Source: an uncultured Candidatus Saccharibacteria bacterium
GTDB lineage: Bacteria > Patescibacteriota > Minisyncoccia > Phycocordibacterales > UBA9973
Direction: 5' to 3'
DNA: 55,635 bases
Assembly: GCA_964439045.1 (NCBI GenBank)
Contig: CAYTMO010000002.1
Location: forward strand, 1-55,635
A program made the translations under genes and the position numbers. The notes beneath the pieces were generated by a model. It was not told the DNA's origin. It was given only the letters and a program-made list of their open reading frames with translations, and made no database searches. Positions 17,807-26,536 of this stretch are shown here, piece after piece (positions within the stretch are counted from its first letter, which is position 1; each line of letters begins with the position of its first letter).

Positions 17807-18283
17807 ATGAACGAGAAAGAAGCATCTAAAGAAAAAATAAAGTGGCTCGCACCAGAATATGAAAACAAAGAACAAAGCGTAGATTGGTTCTGGGCACTTG
17901 GTGTAATAGTGGTCACTACAGCGGTGACTTCCATAATTATCAAAAATTATTTTTTTGCAATACTTATGGTTTTGGGTGGTGGGCTGCTCGCATATTTTTC
18001 AATTCAAAAACCAGGAATGCTAGACTACGAATTAAACGAGAAAGGGTTCAAGGTTAGAAATCGCCTATACCCTTACGAAAACATAAAAAGCTTCTGGGTC
18101 CAAGAAAAGCCCAAGCCACTATTTTTTATAAATACTGAAAGATTCTTTATGCCTATTGTAGTAATGCCTCTATACGGCAATATCACTGAAAAAGTCAGAC
18201 AAAAAATGCTAGCCAACAATGTGCCAGAAGAAGAAGTGAGAGAACATCACCATATAAAAATAATGGAAGATTTAGGGTTCTAA
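17807..18283 (+). CDS. membrane protein, function unknown
   Basis: Two TM helices then a soluble domain. No motif recognised. Confidence 0.55.
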   Translation: MNEKEASKEKIKWLAPEYENKEQSVDWFWALGVIVVTTAVTSIIIKNYFFAILMVLGGGLLAYFSIQKPGMLDYELNEKGFKVRNRLYPYENIKSFWVQEKPKPLFFINTERFFMPIVVMPLYGNITEKVRQKMLANNVPEEEVREHHHIKIMEDLGF

Positions 18284-18342
18284 ATCCTAAAAAATTTGAA
18301 TTTTTACTAAAAAATGCTAGGCTAAGTCTGTTAGTCTTTTAT

Positions 18343-18414
18343 GCCCTCGTAGTTCAATGGATAGAATGCGAGCTTGCGGAGTTTGCGATCTAGGTTCGAT
18401 TCCTAGCGAGGGCA
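18343..18414 (+). tRNA. tRNA-Arg (anticodon GCG)
   Basis: Hand-folded cloverleaf: acceptor GCCCTCG/CGAGGGC, D stem GTTC/GAAT, anticodon stem CGAGC/GTTTG, loop TTGCGGA, T arm CTAGG-TTCGATT-CCTAG, A73, no encoded CCA. Confidence 0.8.
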
Positions 18415-18417
18415 CAA

Positions 18418-19164
18418 ATGGAAAATTACCCAATGCGGATTAATAAATATTTAAGCTTCAAGCAAATCGCAACCAGGCGAGAAGCAGATGAATTGGTTAA
18501 AAATAAAAAAGTTTTTATAAATGGCAAGCTCGCAGTACTCGGCAGTAAAGTAAACGAACAAGATAAGGTAGAAGTAAAGCAAGGCAAGGATGCGAAAAAA
18601 TATGTTTACTTTGCTTACAATAAGCCAGTAGGTACTATCTCCCACTCCCCTCAAAAAGGTGAACGCGATATAAAACAAAATCTAAAGAAAATAGCTAAAG
18701 ATGAGAAAATTGCAAAAAATGCAGTAGATATGAACAGTCTCTTCCCTATTGGTAGACTCGATAAAGATTCCCACGGATTGATAATACTTACCAACGATGG
18801 GCGCATTACTGATGCAATGCTTAATCCAAAATATTTTCACGAAAAGGAATACATAGTAAAAACTAAAGAAAAGCTTCGCAGTAACTTCAAAGAAAAAATG
18901 GAAAAAGGAGTAAATATCGAAGGTTATCACACCAAGCCCTGCAAAGTAACAATAGTAAATGAAAACACTTTTCGAGTTATCTTAACCGAAGGTAAAAAGC
19001 ACCAAATCCGCCGTATGTGCGCAGCTCTTTTCCAAGAAGTTAGTGATTTAAAAAGAGTTAGAATTCTCAATATAAAGTTAGAAAAGTTAAAACCCAATGC
19101 TTTAAAAGAAATTGTTGGTGAAGAATTAACTACTTTTCTAAATCAAGTACTTCATCAATCCTGA
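18418..19164 (+). CDS. RsuA/RluB/RluF-family pseudouridine synthase
   Basis: S4 domain, GRLDKDSHGLIILTNDG and KKHQIRRM motifs. The likelier start is MRINKYL at 18433. Confidence 0.9.
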   Translation: MENYPMRINKYLSFKQIATRREADELVKNKKVFINGKLAVLGSKVNEQDKVEVKQGKDAKKYVYFAYNKPVGTISHSPQKGERDIKQNLKKIAKDEKIAKNAVDMNSLFPIGRLDKDSHGLIILTNDGRITDAMLNPKYFHEKEYIVKTKEKLRSNFKEKMEKGVNIEGYHTKPCKVTIVNENTFRVILTEGKKHQIRRMCAALFQEVSDLKRVRILNIKLEKLKPNALKEIVGEELTTFLNQVLHQS

Positions 19165-20608
19165 TTTGTTTTACGAATTCGGGAACGTGGGAGACGAGGA
19201 TCATTGTGCCTTTGTATTCGTCTAGTGCCTTGGCAATAACTGGTAAGTGACGGAAGTTTATGTGGTTTGTCGGCTCGTCTAGTATAAGAAGTCCTGGTTT
19301 TATTAAAACAAGTCTTGCGAAAGCCACAAGCCCTTTTTGCCCTTCGGATAGACTGCCTATCTTAGTACGAATAAATTCTCCTGTTATTAGAAACCCTGCT
19401 GCCACAGAACGCATTCGTTCTTCATCGAGTTTCTCCCCTCCTTCTGCCATAGCGCTAGCAAGAGACTCATATACAGAGTGGTCGAAGTTCAAAGTAGAAA
19501 AGTCTTGTCTGTAATAACCCACCCTTATTCCCTCTTTTATTTTTGAACCATCATCTTCTCCTTTTGCAATCTTTTCAAGTAATGTACTTTTACCAATACC
19601 GTTTGGTCCTTGTAATAACAAATGCATATTTTTCTTAAGCGATACTTTCGCTTTATGCTTTACGATTTTTCCACCCTTAGCTGTAGTAAAAGAAGTAATA
19701 CTTAAAACTTCTCCTATCTGGTCAGATTGTGCAGGTATTTGAAATGGTCTGATTGTTTTATCTTCTTTTCTCACATCCACTATTTCTTCTTCCAAGTCTT
19801 CTGCAAGCTCTCTCATCCGTCTTGCTACCAATCTCAATCTTCCTCCTTTGTGAGCAAAGACATTTGCTTGATCTTTCTTTGCTTGGATTTGTTTTTCAAG
19901 CTGGGCGTTTTTCATATTTTCTCTTTCTTTTCTGGCTTCTATGTCTTTAATAACGTTGTGATAGTTGCCAAGGTATTGTTCTACTTTTCTAGTATATACA
20001 TCTAGGTAAAGAACTCCTTCCGTAAAAGCATTCAAAAATTCCGCATCGTGAGAGATAACCAATACAGTCTTTTTATAATTCATTAAAAAATTTGTAAGGT
20101 GGGCAATACCGGCTTTGTCTAAATTGTTTGTAGGCTCGTCCAAGAGAAGCAAGTCTGGATCTTGGATAAGTGCTTGAGCAAGCAAAAGTCGGGCTTGTTG
20201 GCCACCAGAAAAGCTTTTGATAATTCTATCGTGAAACTTTTCGTGGCCTTTGAGATTTACTACTTCCAAAATCTCATCTATCTTAGGATCTATGTCATAC
20301 ACCTTTTTTGTAAAAGCTTTTTCAAAAAATTCTCTTACAGTAAAATCCATTTCATCTCGTGGAATCACTTGTCTAGAAGACGCAATACTTACTCCATTTA
20401 CAATATTTATAGTTCCGGATTCTGGAGTGTTCACTCCAGAAATAAGTCCAAATATAGTACTTTTACCTGCGCCGTTTTGACCCATCAATGTCAGCTTCGC
20501 TCCGCGACGGATACCAAAAGACACTTCGTCTAGAATAGGCTTGTTTACTCCCCATTCATATGAGACTTTATCAAATCTTACTATTGTTTCTCTGTTTTCT
20601 CCTGCCAT
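19130..20608 (-). CDS. ABC-F family ATPase (two ABC domains, no TM domain)
   Basis: Walker A GQNGAGKST and GPNGIGKST, signatures FSGGQQ and LSEGQK, and a charged linker. Confidence 0.9.
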   Translation of the reverse strand: MAGENRETIVRFDKVSYEWGVNKPILDEVSFGIRRGAKLTLMGQNGAGKSTIFGLISGVNTPESGTINIVNGVSIASSRQVIPRDEMDFTVREFFEKAFTKKVYDIDPKIDEILEVVNLKGHEKFHDRIIKSFSGGQQARLLLAQALIQDPDLLLLDEPTNNLDKAGIAHLTNFLMNYKKTVLVISHDAEFLNAFTEGVLYLDVYTRKVEQYLGNYHNVIKDIEARKERENMKNAQLEKQIQAKKDQANVFAHKGGRLRLVARRMRELAEDLEEEIVDVRKEDKTIRPFQIPAQSDQIGEVLSITSFTTAKGGKIVKHKAKVSLKKNMHLLLQGPNGIGKSTLLEKIAKGEDDGSKIKEGIRVGYYRQDFSTLNFDHSVYESLASAMAEGGEKLDEERMRSVAAGFLITGEFIRTKIGSLSEGQKGLVAFARLVLIKPGLLILDEPTNHINFRHLPVIAKALDEYKGTMILVSHVPEFVKQIRIDEVLDLEK

Positions 20609-20781
20609 AGAAAGATATTAACTTAATTAAGCCAAAATAGAAAGCCTATGGACAAAATAGTTTTTATATTATATATTTAAGTTGCATATAAGTTGTCTAA
20701 ATTTTGTGGGTCTCGACTCTAATCTTTAGAAAATAGTCGACGAAACACTTAAATTGCAATTTAACAAATAACTAAAAATCA

Positions 20782-20979
20782 ATGACTGGAACAATAAAAA
20801 GAATCACAGATAAAGGTTTTGGATTCATCACTGCAGAAGGACTTGCGAAAGATTTATTCTTTCACAGCAACAACCTTGTAGGTGTGACTTTCGACGAACT
20901 TCGCGAAGGTGACTCAGTTTCTTTTGAAACTGAAGAAACTCCAAAAGGCCTAAGTGCTATAAACGTACAACGCGTATAG
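20782..20979 (+). CDS. cspA: cold-shock protein (CspA family)
   Basis: KGFGFI and FFH RNP motifs, 65 aa, long 5' UTR. Confidence 0.95.
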   Translation: MTGTIKRITDKGFGFITAEGLAKDLFFHSNNLVGVTFDELREGDSVSFETEETPKGLSAINVQRV

Positions 20980-20990
20980 TAGCTTAAAAC

Positions 20991-21027
20991 AAAAACCCCT
21001 CGCTTACGAGCGAGGGGTTTTTGTTTT
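20991..21027. terminator. bidirectional intrinsic terminator
   Basis: AAAAA-CCCCTCGCT-tacg-AGCGAGGGG-TTTTT. Confidence 0.9.
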
Positions 21028-21039
21028 AAGCTTTTCTTT

Positions 21040-21315
21040 TTATTGTTCAAACTTTTCTCCTTTAGCCCAAGCTTTGACTGTAGCGTAATCTGTTTCTCCG
21101 CAGATAAATTGCTTGGTTTCAGTATTATAAAAAAATGGTACACCACCACAAAGATCTTGATCCATCTCCAACAACTTCTTTTCGTTTTCTTTGTTGTGCC
21201 AAACTTCAAAAGTATCTACTTTAAGATTTTCTTCTTTTTCCAACTTTTCTACAAGCTTATGCATATGAACACAGTGCGGACACTCTGTACCATAAAATTC
21301 TAAAAGATGACTCAT
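21040..21315 (-). CDS. thioredoxin/glutaredoxin-like small protein
   Basis: CPHC redox motif near the N-terminus, 91 aa. Confidence 0.8.
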   Translation of the reverse strand: MSHLLEFYGTECPHCVHMHKLVEKLEKEENLKVDTFEVWHNKENEKKLLEMDQDLCGGVPFFYNTETKQFICGETDYATVKAWAKGEKFEQ

Positions 21316-21323
21316 AAAATTAT

Positions 21324-21575
21324 TTATTTTACTAATCGGGATAAACGAGATTTTTTGCGAGAAGCGTTGTTTTTCTTAATTACTCCTTTTTTCGCAGCTT
21401 TATCAATAGCAGAAAAGGCAGTGCTTAGCATCTTTTCTGCATCTTTTTTACTTGTTTTTACGGTTTTCTCGATTTTCTTAATAACTTCTTTCATCGCTTT
21501 TTTGCGACGATCATTAAGAGCCTTCTTGCGAAGGGAACCTCGAACTGCTTTGTGTGCTGATTTTGTTATTGGCAT
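21324..21575 (-). CDS. rpsT: 30S ribosomal protein S20
   Basis: MPITKSAHKAVRGSLRKKALN... from the internal ATG (CAT at 21573-21575). The upstream extension in the track is unlikely to be real. Confidence 0.9.
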   Translation of the reverse strand: MPITKSAHKAVRGSLRKKALNDRRKKAMKEVIKKIEKTVKTSKKDAEKMLSTAFSAIDKAAKKGVIKKNNASRKKSRLSRLVK

Positions 21576-21665
21576 ATGTTTACAATCTAACAGAAAATAC
21601 CTAAAAATGCAATTATTTAATTCACTGCATAAAAATGCCACCTCTTGTGTTATGATAAAAACTAT

Positions 21666-22238
21666 ATGATAGGGAGCATAAAAGGACAAATTATCTTTAA
21701 AGCAGAAAGATTCGTAATAGTAGAGACAAATGGTGTCGGTTACAAAATATGGTTATCTACAGAAAGTCTTAATAAAATACAAAAGGTTGAAGAATCTTTC
21801 TTTTTTATTCATACGCACATACGCGAAGATGCACTGGACTTGTATGGATTCTTAATCTACGAAGAATTGGAATTTTTTGAAATGCTTATTAATGTCTCTG
21901 GTATTGGGCCAAAAGGAGCACTGACTATTCTTAGTGTTGCCTCTCTCGATACATTGCAAAAAGCAATTTCTACTTCAGATATTTCTTACTTAACCAAAAT
22001 ATCCGGCATCGGCAAAAAAACAGCAGAAAAAATGGTCATTGAGCTTCGTGACAAAGTAGGCAAAGTAGAACAAAGTGGCAACTTAAGAGAAGAGCTCGAT
22101 GCTCTTGAAGCATTAAAGGCACTAGGCTATTCTCAAAACGAAGCACGCGAAGCATTGAAAGATATTGATGCAAGTAAAAATACAAATGAGAAGATAAAAG
22201 AAGCTTTGAAAAGATTAGGTGGAAATAAAAATAAATAA
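21666..22238 (+). CDS. ruvA: Holliday junction DNA helicase RuvA
   Basis: MIGSIKGQI...GVGYKI OB fold and HhH ISGIGKKTAEKMVIELRDK. Confidence 0.9.
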   Translation: MIGSIKGQIIFKAERFVIVETNGVGYKIWLSTESLNKIQKVEESFFFIHTHIREDALDLYGFLIYEELEFFEMLINVSGIGPKGALTILSVASLDTLQKAISTSDISYLTKISGIGKKTAEKMVIELRDKVGKVEQSGNLREELDALEALKALGYSQNEAREALKDIDASKNTNEKIKEALKRLGGNKNK

Positions 22239-22243
22239 AAATT

Positions 22244-23158
22244 ATGCCAGAATTACCAGAAGTAGAAACCACAACAAGAGGCTTGCAAAAAGAAGTCGTG
22301 GGAAAAACAATAAAAGATGTTTGGACGGATCTTAATACCAAAGACAAAAGGAAGTCTGATACAGTAGCGAACCCAGAATACTTTAAGTTTTTTAAAAAAG
22401 AAGCACAAGGTAGAAAAATAATAAAAGTAGAAAGAAGAGCTAAAAATATTTTAGTGCATTTGTCGAGTGGAAAAACTATTTTGATACATCTAAAAATGAC
22501 CGGGCATCTACTCTATGGTAAGTACAAATTTTTAAATAAAGAAAATAAATGGGTGCCGGATGCAAAAGAAGATAGCCCTCTTCACGACCCGTTCAATAGA
22601 TTTGTGCATTTTGTTTTTACTCTTTCGGATGGGAAACATTTAGCTTTTTGTGATACACGCAAATTCGGCAAAATAACACTGTTTAACACTAAAGAAATGA
22701 AAGAAAGTAGGCACTTGCAAAGTCTCGGGCCTGAACCATTACACCAAGACTTTAGTGTGAAACTTCTAAAAGAAAGATTAACAAAAAAACCAAACAGCAA
22801 AATAAAGACGGTCTTAATGGATCAAAGCATCTTGGTAGGAGTGGGGAATATTTATTCTGATGAAATACTTTGGGCTTCTGACATACATCCAGAAAGAAAG
22901 GTCACAGAAATTACAGATAAAGAATTAAAAGATATCTTTAAATCTATGCAGAAATTACTGAACAAAGGGATAGACTTCGGCGGGGACTCAATGTCTGACT
23001 ATCGAAATATTTATGGCTTGCGGGGAGAATTTCAGATGCATCACCGTGCCTACAGACGAACTGGAGAAAAATGTATGAAGAAGAATTGCGAGGGTGTTAT
23101 AATAAGAAAAGTTATTAATGGGCGCAGTGGGCACTTTTGCTCTGTACATCAGATTTGA
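22244..23158 (+). CDS. mutM: formamidopyrimidine-DNA glycosylase
   Basis: MPELPEVE N-terminus, H2TH region and C-terminal zinc finger. Confidence 0.95.
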   Translation: MPELPEVETTTRGLQKEVVGKTIKDVWTDLNTKDKRKSDTVANPEYFKFFKKEAQGRKIIKVERRAKNILVHLSSGKTILIHLKMTGHLLYGKYKFLNKENKWVPDAKEDSPLHDPFNRFVHFVFTLSDGKHLAFCDTRKFGKITLFNTKEMKESRHLQSLGPEPLHQDFSVKLLKERLTKKPNSKIKTVLMDQSILVGVGNIYSDEILWASDIHPERKVTEITDKELKDIFKSMQKLLNKGIDFGGDSMSDYRNIYGLRGEFQMHHRAYRRTGEKCMKKNCEGVIIRKVINGRSGHFCSVHQI

Positions 23159-23195
23159 TAAATTTTAAATTAATTTAAAAAAGTAAAACAAATAT

Positions 23196-23348
23196 ATGAA
23201 AATATTAGGACTTATCGGTATAGTTATATTGCTTTGGTTTATTTGGGTTTTTTCTGGTGGTCCAGAGCGTTATGACCAAGAATCAGGACCATATATCAAA
23301 CCTCCTGCCCCAGTAGGCACAGGAGAAACTTACGGACCGGATTTATAG
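23196..23348 (+). CDS. candidate small membrane peptide (50 aa)
   Basis: MKILGLIGIVILLWFIWVFSGG then a Pro/Gly tail. Not in the ORF track (under 60 aa). Confidence 0.3.
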   Translation: MKILGLIGIVILLWFIWVFSGGPERYDQESGPYIKPPAPVGTGETYGPDL

Positions 23349-23355
23349 AATTCTT

Positions 23356-24534
23356 TTATTTCTTCGGCAACCTTTCTTTTATTTTCTGCTTAAGCCCCAC
23401 AGACGCTAGAGTATAGCCTCCACCGAAGCCGTCGATAAATCTAATATGGGTATTTTGAAGCTCTTTGATATAGCAAGTCATCACAGAGGATTTGGCTACA
23501 TTGATTCCATAAATCAGATCCCCTTTTTTCTCCATTTTATCTAACCATTTCAAAAGCTCTTCCCTCTTCTCTGGTGTTCCTGCAAAAATAGTTTTTAAAG
23601 AATTATCTATTTTCAATGTATCACTCGAGGTAGACATATCAGGATAAGACCCTCGAAAGACGCGGTGGAAGAATGCCTTGATATGCTGACTGCTCCATTT
23701 AAAAAATCCAAAGAAAAATGTTTTCAAAATATATACAAACTTCGCATCACCAAATTTCAAATGAGAAGAATGTAAAATAGTTTTTAAATTCGTAGTCGGT
23801 GAAAGCACTCTAGGATGTATAGGATGTCTTTCTTCAAAGGAGCCATAGATCTTTTCTAATTCATCTAATGTTTTATCAAAAATAACTTCTGGCTCTTCTC
23901 CGCCAGTCGGCAAGACAATTAAAGAAACAACTTCATCATCTGGCCTCGGTGGGAAGATAGCACTCCATCTGCATTCGAGCCCTGATAGATCTATAGGTTT
24001 GTGCTTGGTATTTTTAGCCAAAAGATACTCTGGAGAATGCTTCATTAATGACTCTGCGTAGCGAATCCCTTCCCCGAGAAATATTGCTTGCTGATAATGT
24101 GAAGAAATATGTAACTTGGCTACTCGTATAGGGAAACCAGCTTCATTCACCGCTGACATAGGTATAATGCTCACACGGAGATCCATACCAAAGCTTTTTA
24201 TTGAATTAGTTTTAAGCGTAGCTAGTCTCTGCTTGCAGAGAGAAAGCATAACAGGCGGTATTACAAAAGTCGCCCCATCCCCTCCATAAACGAAAGGCAC
24301 AGTGACTCCATAATGCTTGGCAGTGTTTAATACAACACTTACAGAAGACACTGCTATCAAATTTATTTCTTGGTATCTTTCTGCCTTGAAGTGCACAGTA
24401 GAATCTACAATGTCAGTCATTATGATATACCAGTCACTCGGCACGGGTTCGAAATTTTCAGCATTACTTAAGAGTTTATTTAAATTGTAATTTACAGAAG
24501 GAAGGTATTTATAAAAATTCTTTGTCTTGGACAT
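23356..24534 (-). CDS. DUF3095-like protein (nucleotidyl-cyclase-like fold)
   Basis: FYKYLP...PVPSDWYIIMTDIVDST...RYQEINL...PFVYGGDGATFVIPP matches the remembered DUF3095 N-terminal signature. Confidence 0.6.
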   Translation of the reverse strand: MSKTKNFYKYLPSVNYNLNKLLSNAENFEPVPSDWYIIMTDIVDSTVHFKAERYQEINLIAVSSVSVVLNTAKHYGVTVPFVYGGDGATFVIPPVMLSLCKQRLATLKTNSIKSFGMDLRVSIIPMSAVNEAGFPIRVAKLHISSHYQQAIFLGEGIRYAESLMKHSPEYLLAKNTKHKPIDLSGLECRWSAIFPPRPDDEVVSLIVLPTGGEEPEVIFDKTLDELEKIYGSFEERHPIHPRVLSPTTNLKTILHSSHLKFGDAKFVYILKTFFFGFFKWSSQHIKAFFHRVFRGSYPDMSTSSDTLKIDNSLKTIFAGTPEKREELLKWLDKMEKKGDLIYGINVAKSSVMTCYIKELQNTHIRFIDGFGGGYTLASVGLKQKIKERLPKK

Positions 24535-24552
24535 TTTTAAATTATAGCATTA

Positions 24553-24592
24553 TGTGGATATACACAGTAGCGAGAATCGTTCTTGCTAGTCC
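24553..24592. repeat. palindromic repeat, copy A
   Basis: TGTGG...GTAGCGAGAA-tcg-TTCTTGCTA-GTCC. Hairpin at 24568-24588. Related to copy B at 25959-26040. Confidence 0.6.
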
Positions 24593-24648
24593 GAGCCCAA
24601 AGCTCTATCTATAATTTGTACTCTAAATAAAGTGTTATAATCTAAATC

Positions 24649-25377
24649 ATGAATTACTTAGAAAACTTAAAGCCTTTTTTATTCGACATAGCGAAAAGAA
24701 CAAAAGAAGCGCTAGGTGAAAACTTTATTGGTTTTTATGTTGCGGGCTCACTTACTATGGGATCATGGAATCCCGAAACTAGTGATGTTGACTTTTTGGT
24801 TGTCATGAAAGACAAAGTTAATAAAAATCAAATTGAATCACTCGAAAAAATTAATAAAGAACTATCCAATAATAGTATCTACAGGAAACTAGAAGGAGAA
24901 TATATTCCCTTGTACGATTTACAAAAAAAGAACTTCTCAATAACTGCTCCGGCATTAGAAAATGGACAATTTAACTCTAGCACACCCTGCATGCTTTCAT
25001 CTGATAATATACTATGTTTTAACGAAACTGGGGTTACGATACTAGGTACAAATTTCAGAGAATTAGATTTAGTAGTTAGTGTTGAAGAATTTAAAGATTC
25101 TGTATATGGAATGTTGCTTGAGTCAAAATCAAAAATTTACTCATCGGATACATTGTCTGAAAAAGTTAAAATTTTAATAAACATTATGCGATGTATATAC
25201 TCTTTAGAAACTAGTAAATTACCTACTAAAAAAGGATCTTTAGAATTCTCTCGCAAACTACTGAACGAAGATACCTACAAAAGTATTATAAAATATCTGG
25301 ATACAAAAGAGGAATTTAATCTGCCTAAAGAGGTCTTATTACAACTATACAAACACGCCTTAAATTACAAAAACTGA
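24649..25377 (+). CDS. nucleotidyltransferase with DUF4111-like C-terminus (aminoglycoside adenylyltransferase-like)
   Basis: GFYVAGSLTMGSWNPETSDVDFLVV NTase motif. The helical C-terminal half resembles the AadA/ANT family. Confidence 0.7.
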   Translation: MNYLENLKPFLFDIAKRTKEALGENFIGFYVAGSLTMGSWNPETSDVDFLVVMKDKVNKNQIESLEKINKELSNNSIYRKLEGEYIPLYDLQKKNFSITAPALENGQFNSSTPCMLSSDNILCFNETGVTILGTNFRELDLVVSVEEFKDSVYGMLLESKSKIYSSDTLSEKVKILINIMRCIYSLETSKLPTKKGSLEFSRKLLNEDTYKSIIKYLDTKEEFNLPKEVLLQLYKHALNYKN

Positions 25378-25428
25378 TTACAGGTACAAAATCTCAATTA
25401 TAACAAGACTATCCTTGCTACCCTCTTG

Positions 25429-25935
25429 CTACTCTTTTAATTTTTCTAAAATAAGATTTTTAACTTCTTCTTTGTTAAAAGAAATACTATTTTGTATTCG
25501 CAAGATAGGCATATCTGCTTCTACAAATATTCTCTCTACATTTATATCTCTTTCTATCCTATCTTCCCTTTCGTGTGATTTGTCATCTAATTCAATAGCG
25601 AGAAGTGGTTTTAAATATGTTTTATCACAAATAACAAAATCTACAGACTTTTCATTTATATGACGAAAAGCAGCTTTCCAGTTTTGCCCAACTACTTTGT
25701 AATCCAATATTGCATCTAGGTGAACTTGAGGAAATATATAGTACTCATTATTTAATATTTCAGTTAAAATACTGAAAAACTCATTTTCTTTTTTAGTAAT
25801 CAAAAAATCCTTGCGTTTATATTTATACAAAAGCTTTTTCTTCTCTTTTGTTTCTATAGAAAAATCTTTTTCAAAGAACTTTAGAATAATAACAATAACT
25901 ATCATTATCCCTAAAAGTATATAAATTGTTGTCAT
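25429..25935 (-). CDS. DUF2726 (restriction-endonuclease-like fold) protein with N-terminal TM helix
   Basis: E.EFF..L......YIFPQV...VDFVICDK....PLLAIELDD.SH matches the DUF2726 pattern. Confidence 0.75.
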   Translation of the reverse strand: MTTIYILLGIMIVIVIILKFFEKDFSIETKEKKKLLYKYKRKDFLITKKENEFFSILTEILNNEYYIFPQVHLDAILDYKVVGQNWKAAFRHINEKSVDFVICDKTYLKPLLAIELDDKSHEREDRIERDINVERIFVEADMPILRIQNSISFNKEEVKNLILEKLKE

Positions 25936-25958
25936 AAAAAGATTATATCACTTTTGCC

Positions 25959-26040
25959 TGTGGCAAGAATGTAGCAAGAACAGTTCTTGCTACATTCTTG
26001 CCACAAGAGAATCTTTATTACTGCCTTTTGCTAGTCCACA
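25959..26040. repeat. palindromic repeat, copy B (47-nt perfect palindrome plus TTGCTAGTCC tail)
   Basis: 23-bp arms at 25959-25981/25983-26005. TTGCTAGTCC recurs as in copy A. Confidence 0.7.
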
Positions 26041-26132
26041 GAGCACTGTCTGGACACACCCTATAAAAAAATATATACTTACTAGTAAGCAAAGTGTGGT
26101 GTAAAAAGTCGAAGAATGTTGTTTAAAACTTG

Positions 26133-26245
26133 AGCAGAGAAAGTAATTGTGGACCCGACCAGAGTTGAACTGGCACTGCACATTTCTAAGACGGGCGTGC
26201 TACCTTTAACACTACGGGCCCTAAAGCTTATATTACTTTCTCTGC
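26133..26245. repeat. perfect 14-bp inverted repeat enclosing the tRNA-like gene
   Basis: GCAGAGAAAGTAAT at 26133-26146 and ATTACTTTCTCTGC at 26232-26245. Confidence 0.8.
26150..26221 (-). tRNA. atypical tRNA, anticodon UAG (Leu codon) with short variable loop
   Basis: Hand fold: GGGCCCG/CGGGTCC acceptor, GTGT/GCAC D stem, anticodon stem CCCGT/ATGTG (one C-U mismatch), loop CTTAGAA, 4-nt variable loop, T arm GCCAG-TTCAACT-CTGGT, A73. Confidence 0.65.
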
Positions 26246-26536
26246 TGGAATTTTAAACTATTTTATTTTCAAAAAAACTACCTCATAAGGATACCTACCT
26301 TTAAAAGTGCTTACTTTTAAAGGGTTATATAACATATTATACCTGCCATATAGAGTGTGAGCAAGTAATGCATCATAAAGTGTTATAATGGGGGTAATGT
26401 CAAACTTAAAAAATAAAAATGTAGTAAAAATAACGCTCTTTGGGACATTCAACGGGACAAATAAAGGGCATCTTATTTTTTTAAACAAGCAAAAAAGATA
26501 TCCACAAATTTTCTTTAGTGAGTTTTAAGAAATTAA

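Noticed and set aside
21307-21669. 120-aa plus-strand ORF, and the long N-terminal extension of the 21324-21689 ORF
   Set aside because: It is antisense to, or upstream of, a clear ribosomal protein S20 sequence that starts at the internal Met (21575).
26150-26221. The odd tRNA acting as a suppressor of the in-frame TAA at 27969-27971
   Set aside because: The anticodon reads UAG, which pairs with CUA and not UAA. No register of the anticodon loop with U33 gives UUA.
26258-26488. 76-aa minus-strand ORF in the spacer upstream of the odd tRNA
   Set aside because: Its composition is hydrophobic and low-complexity. The region contains an 11-bp perfect hairpin (26298-26323) and promoter-like boxes, so it is more likely non-coding.
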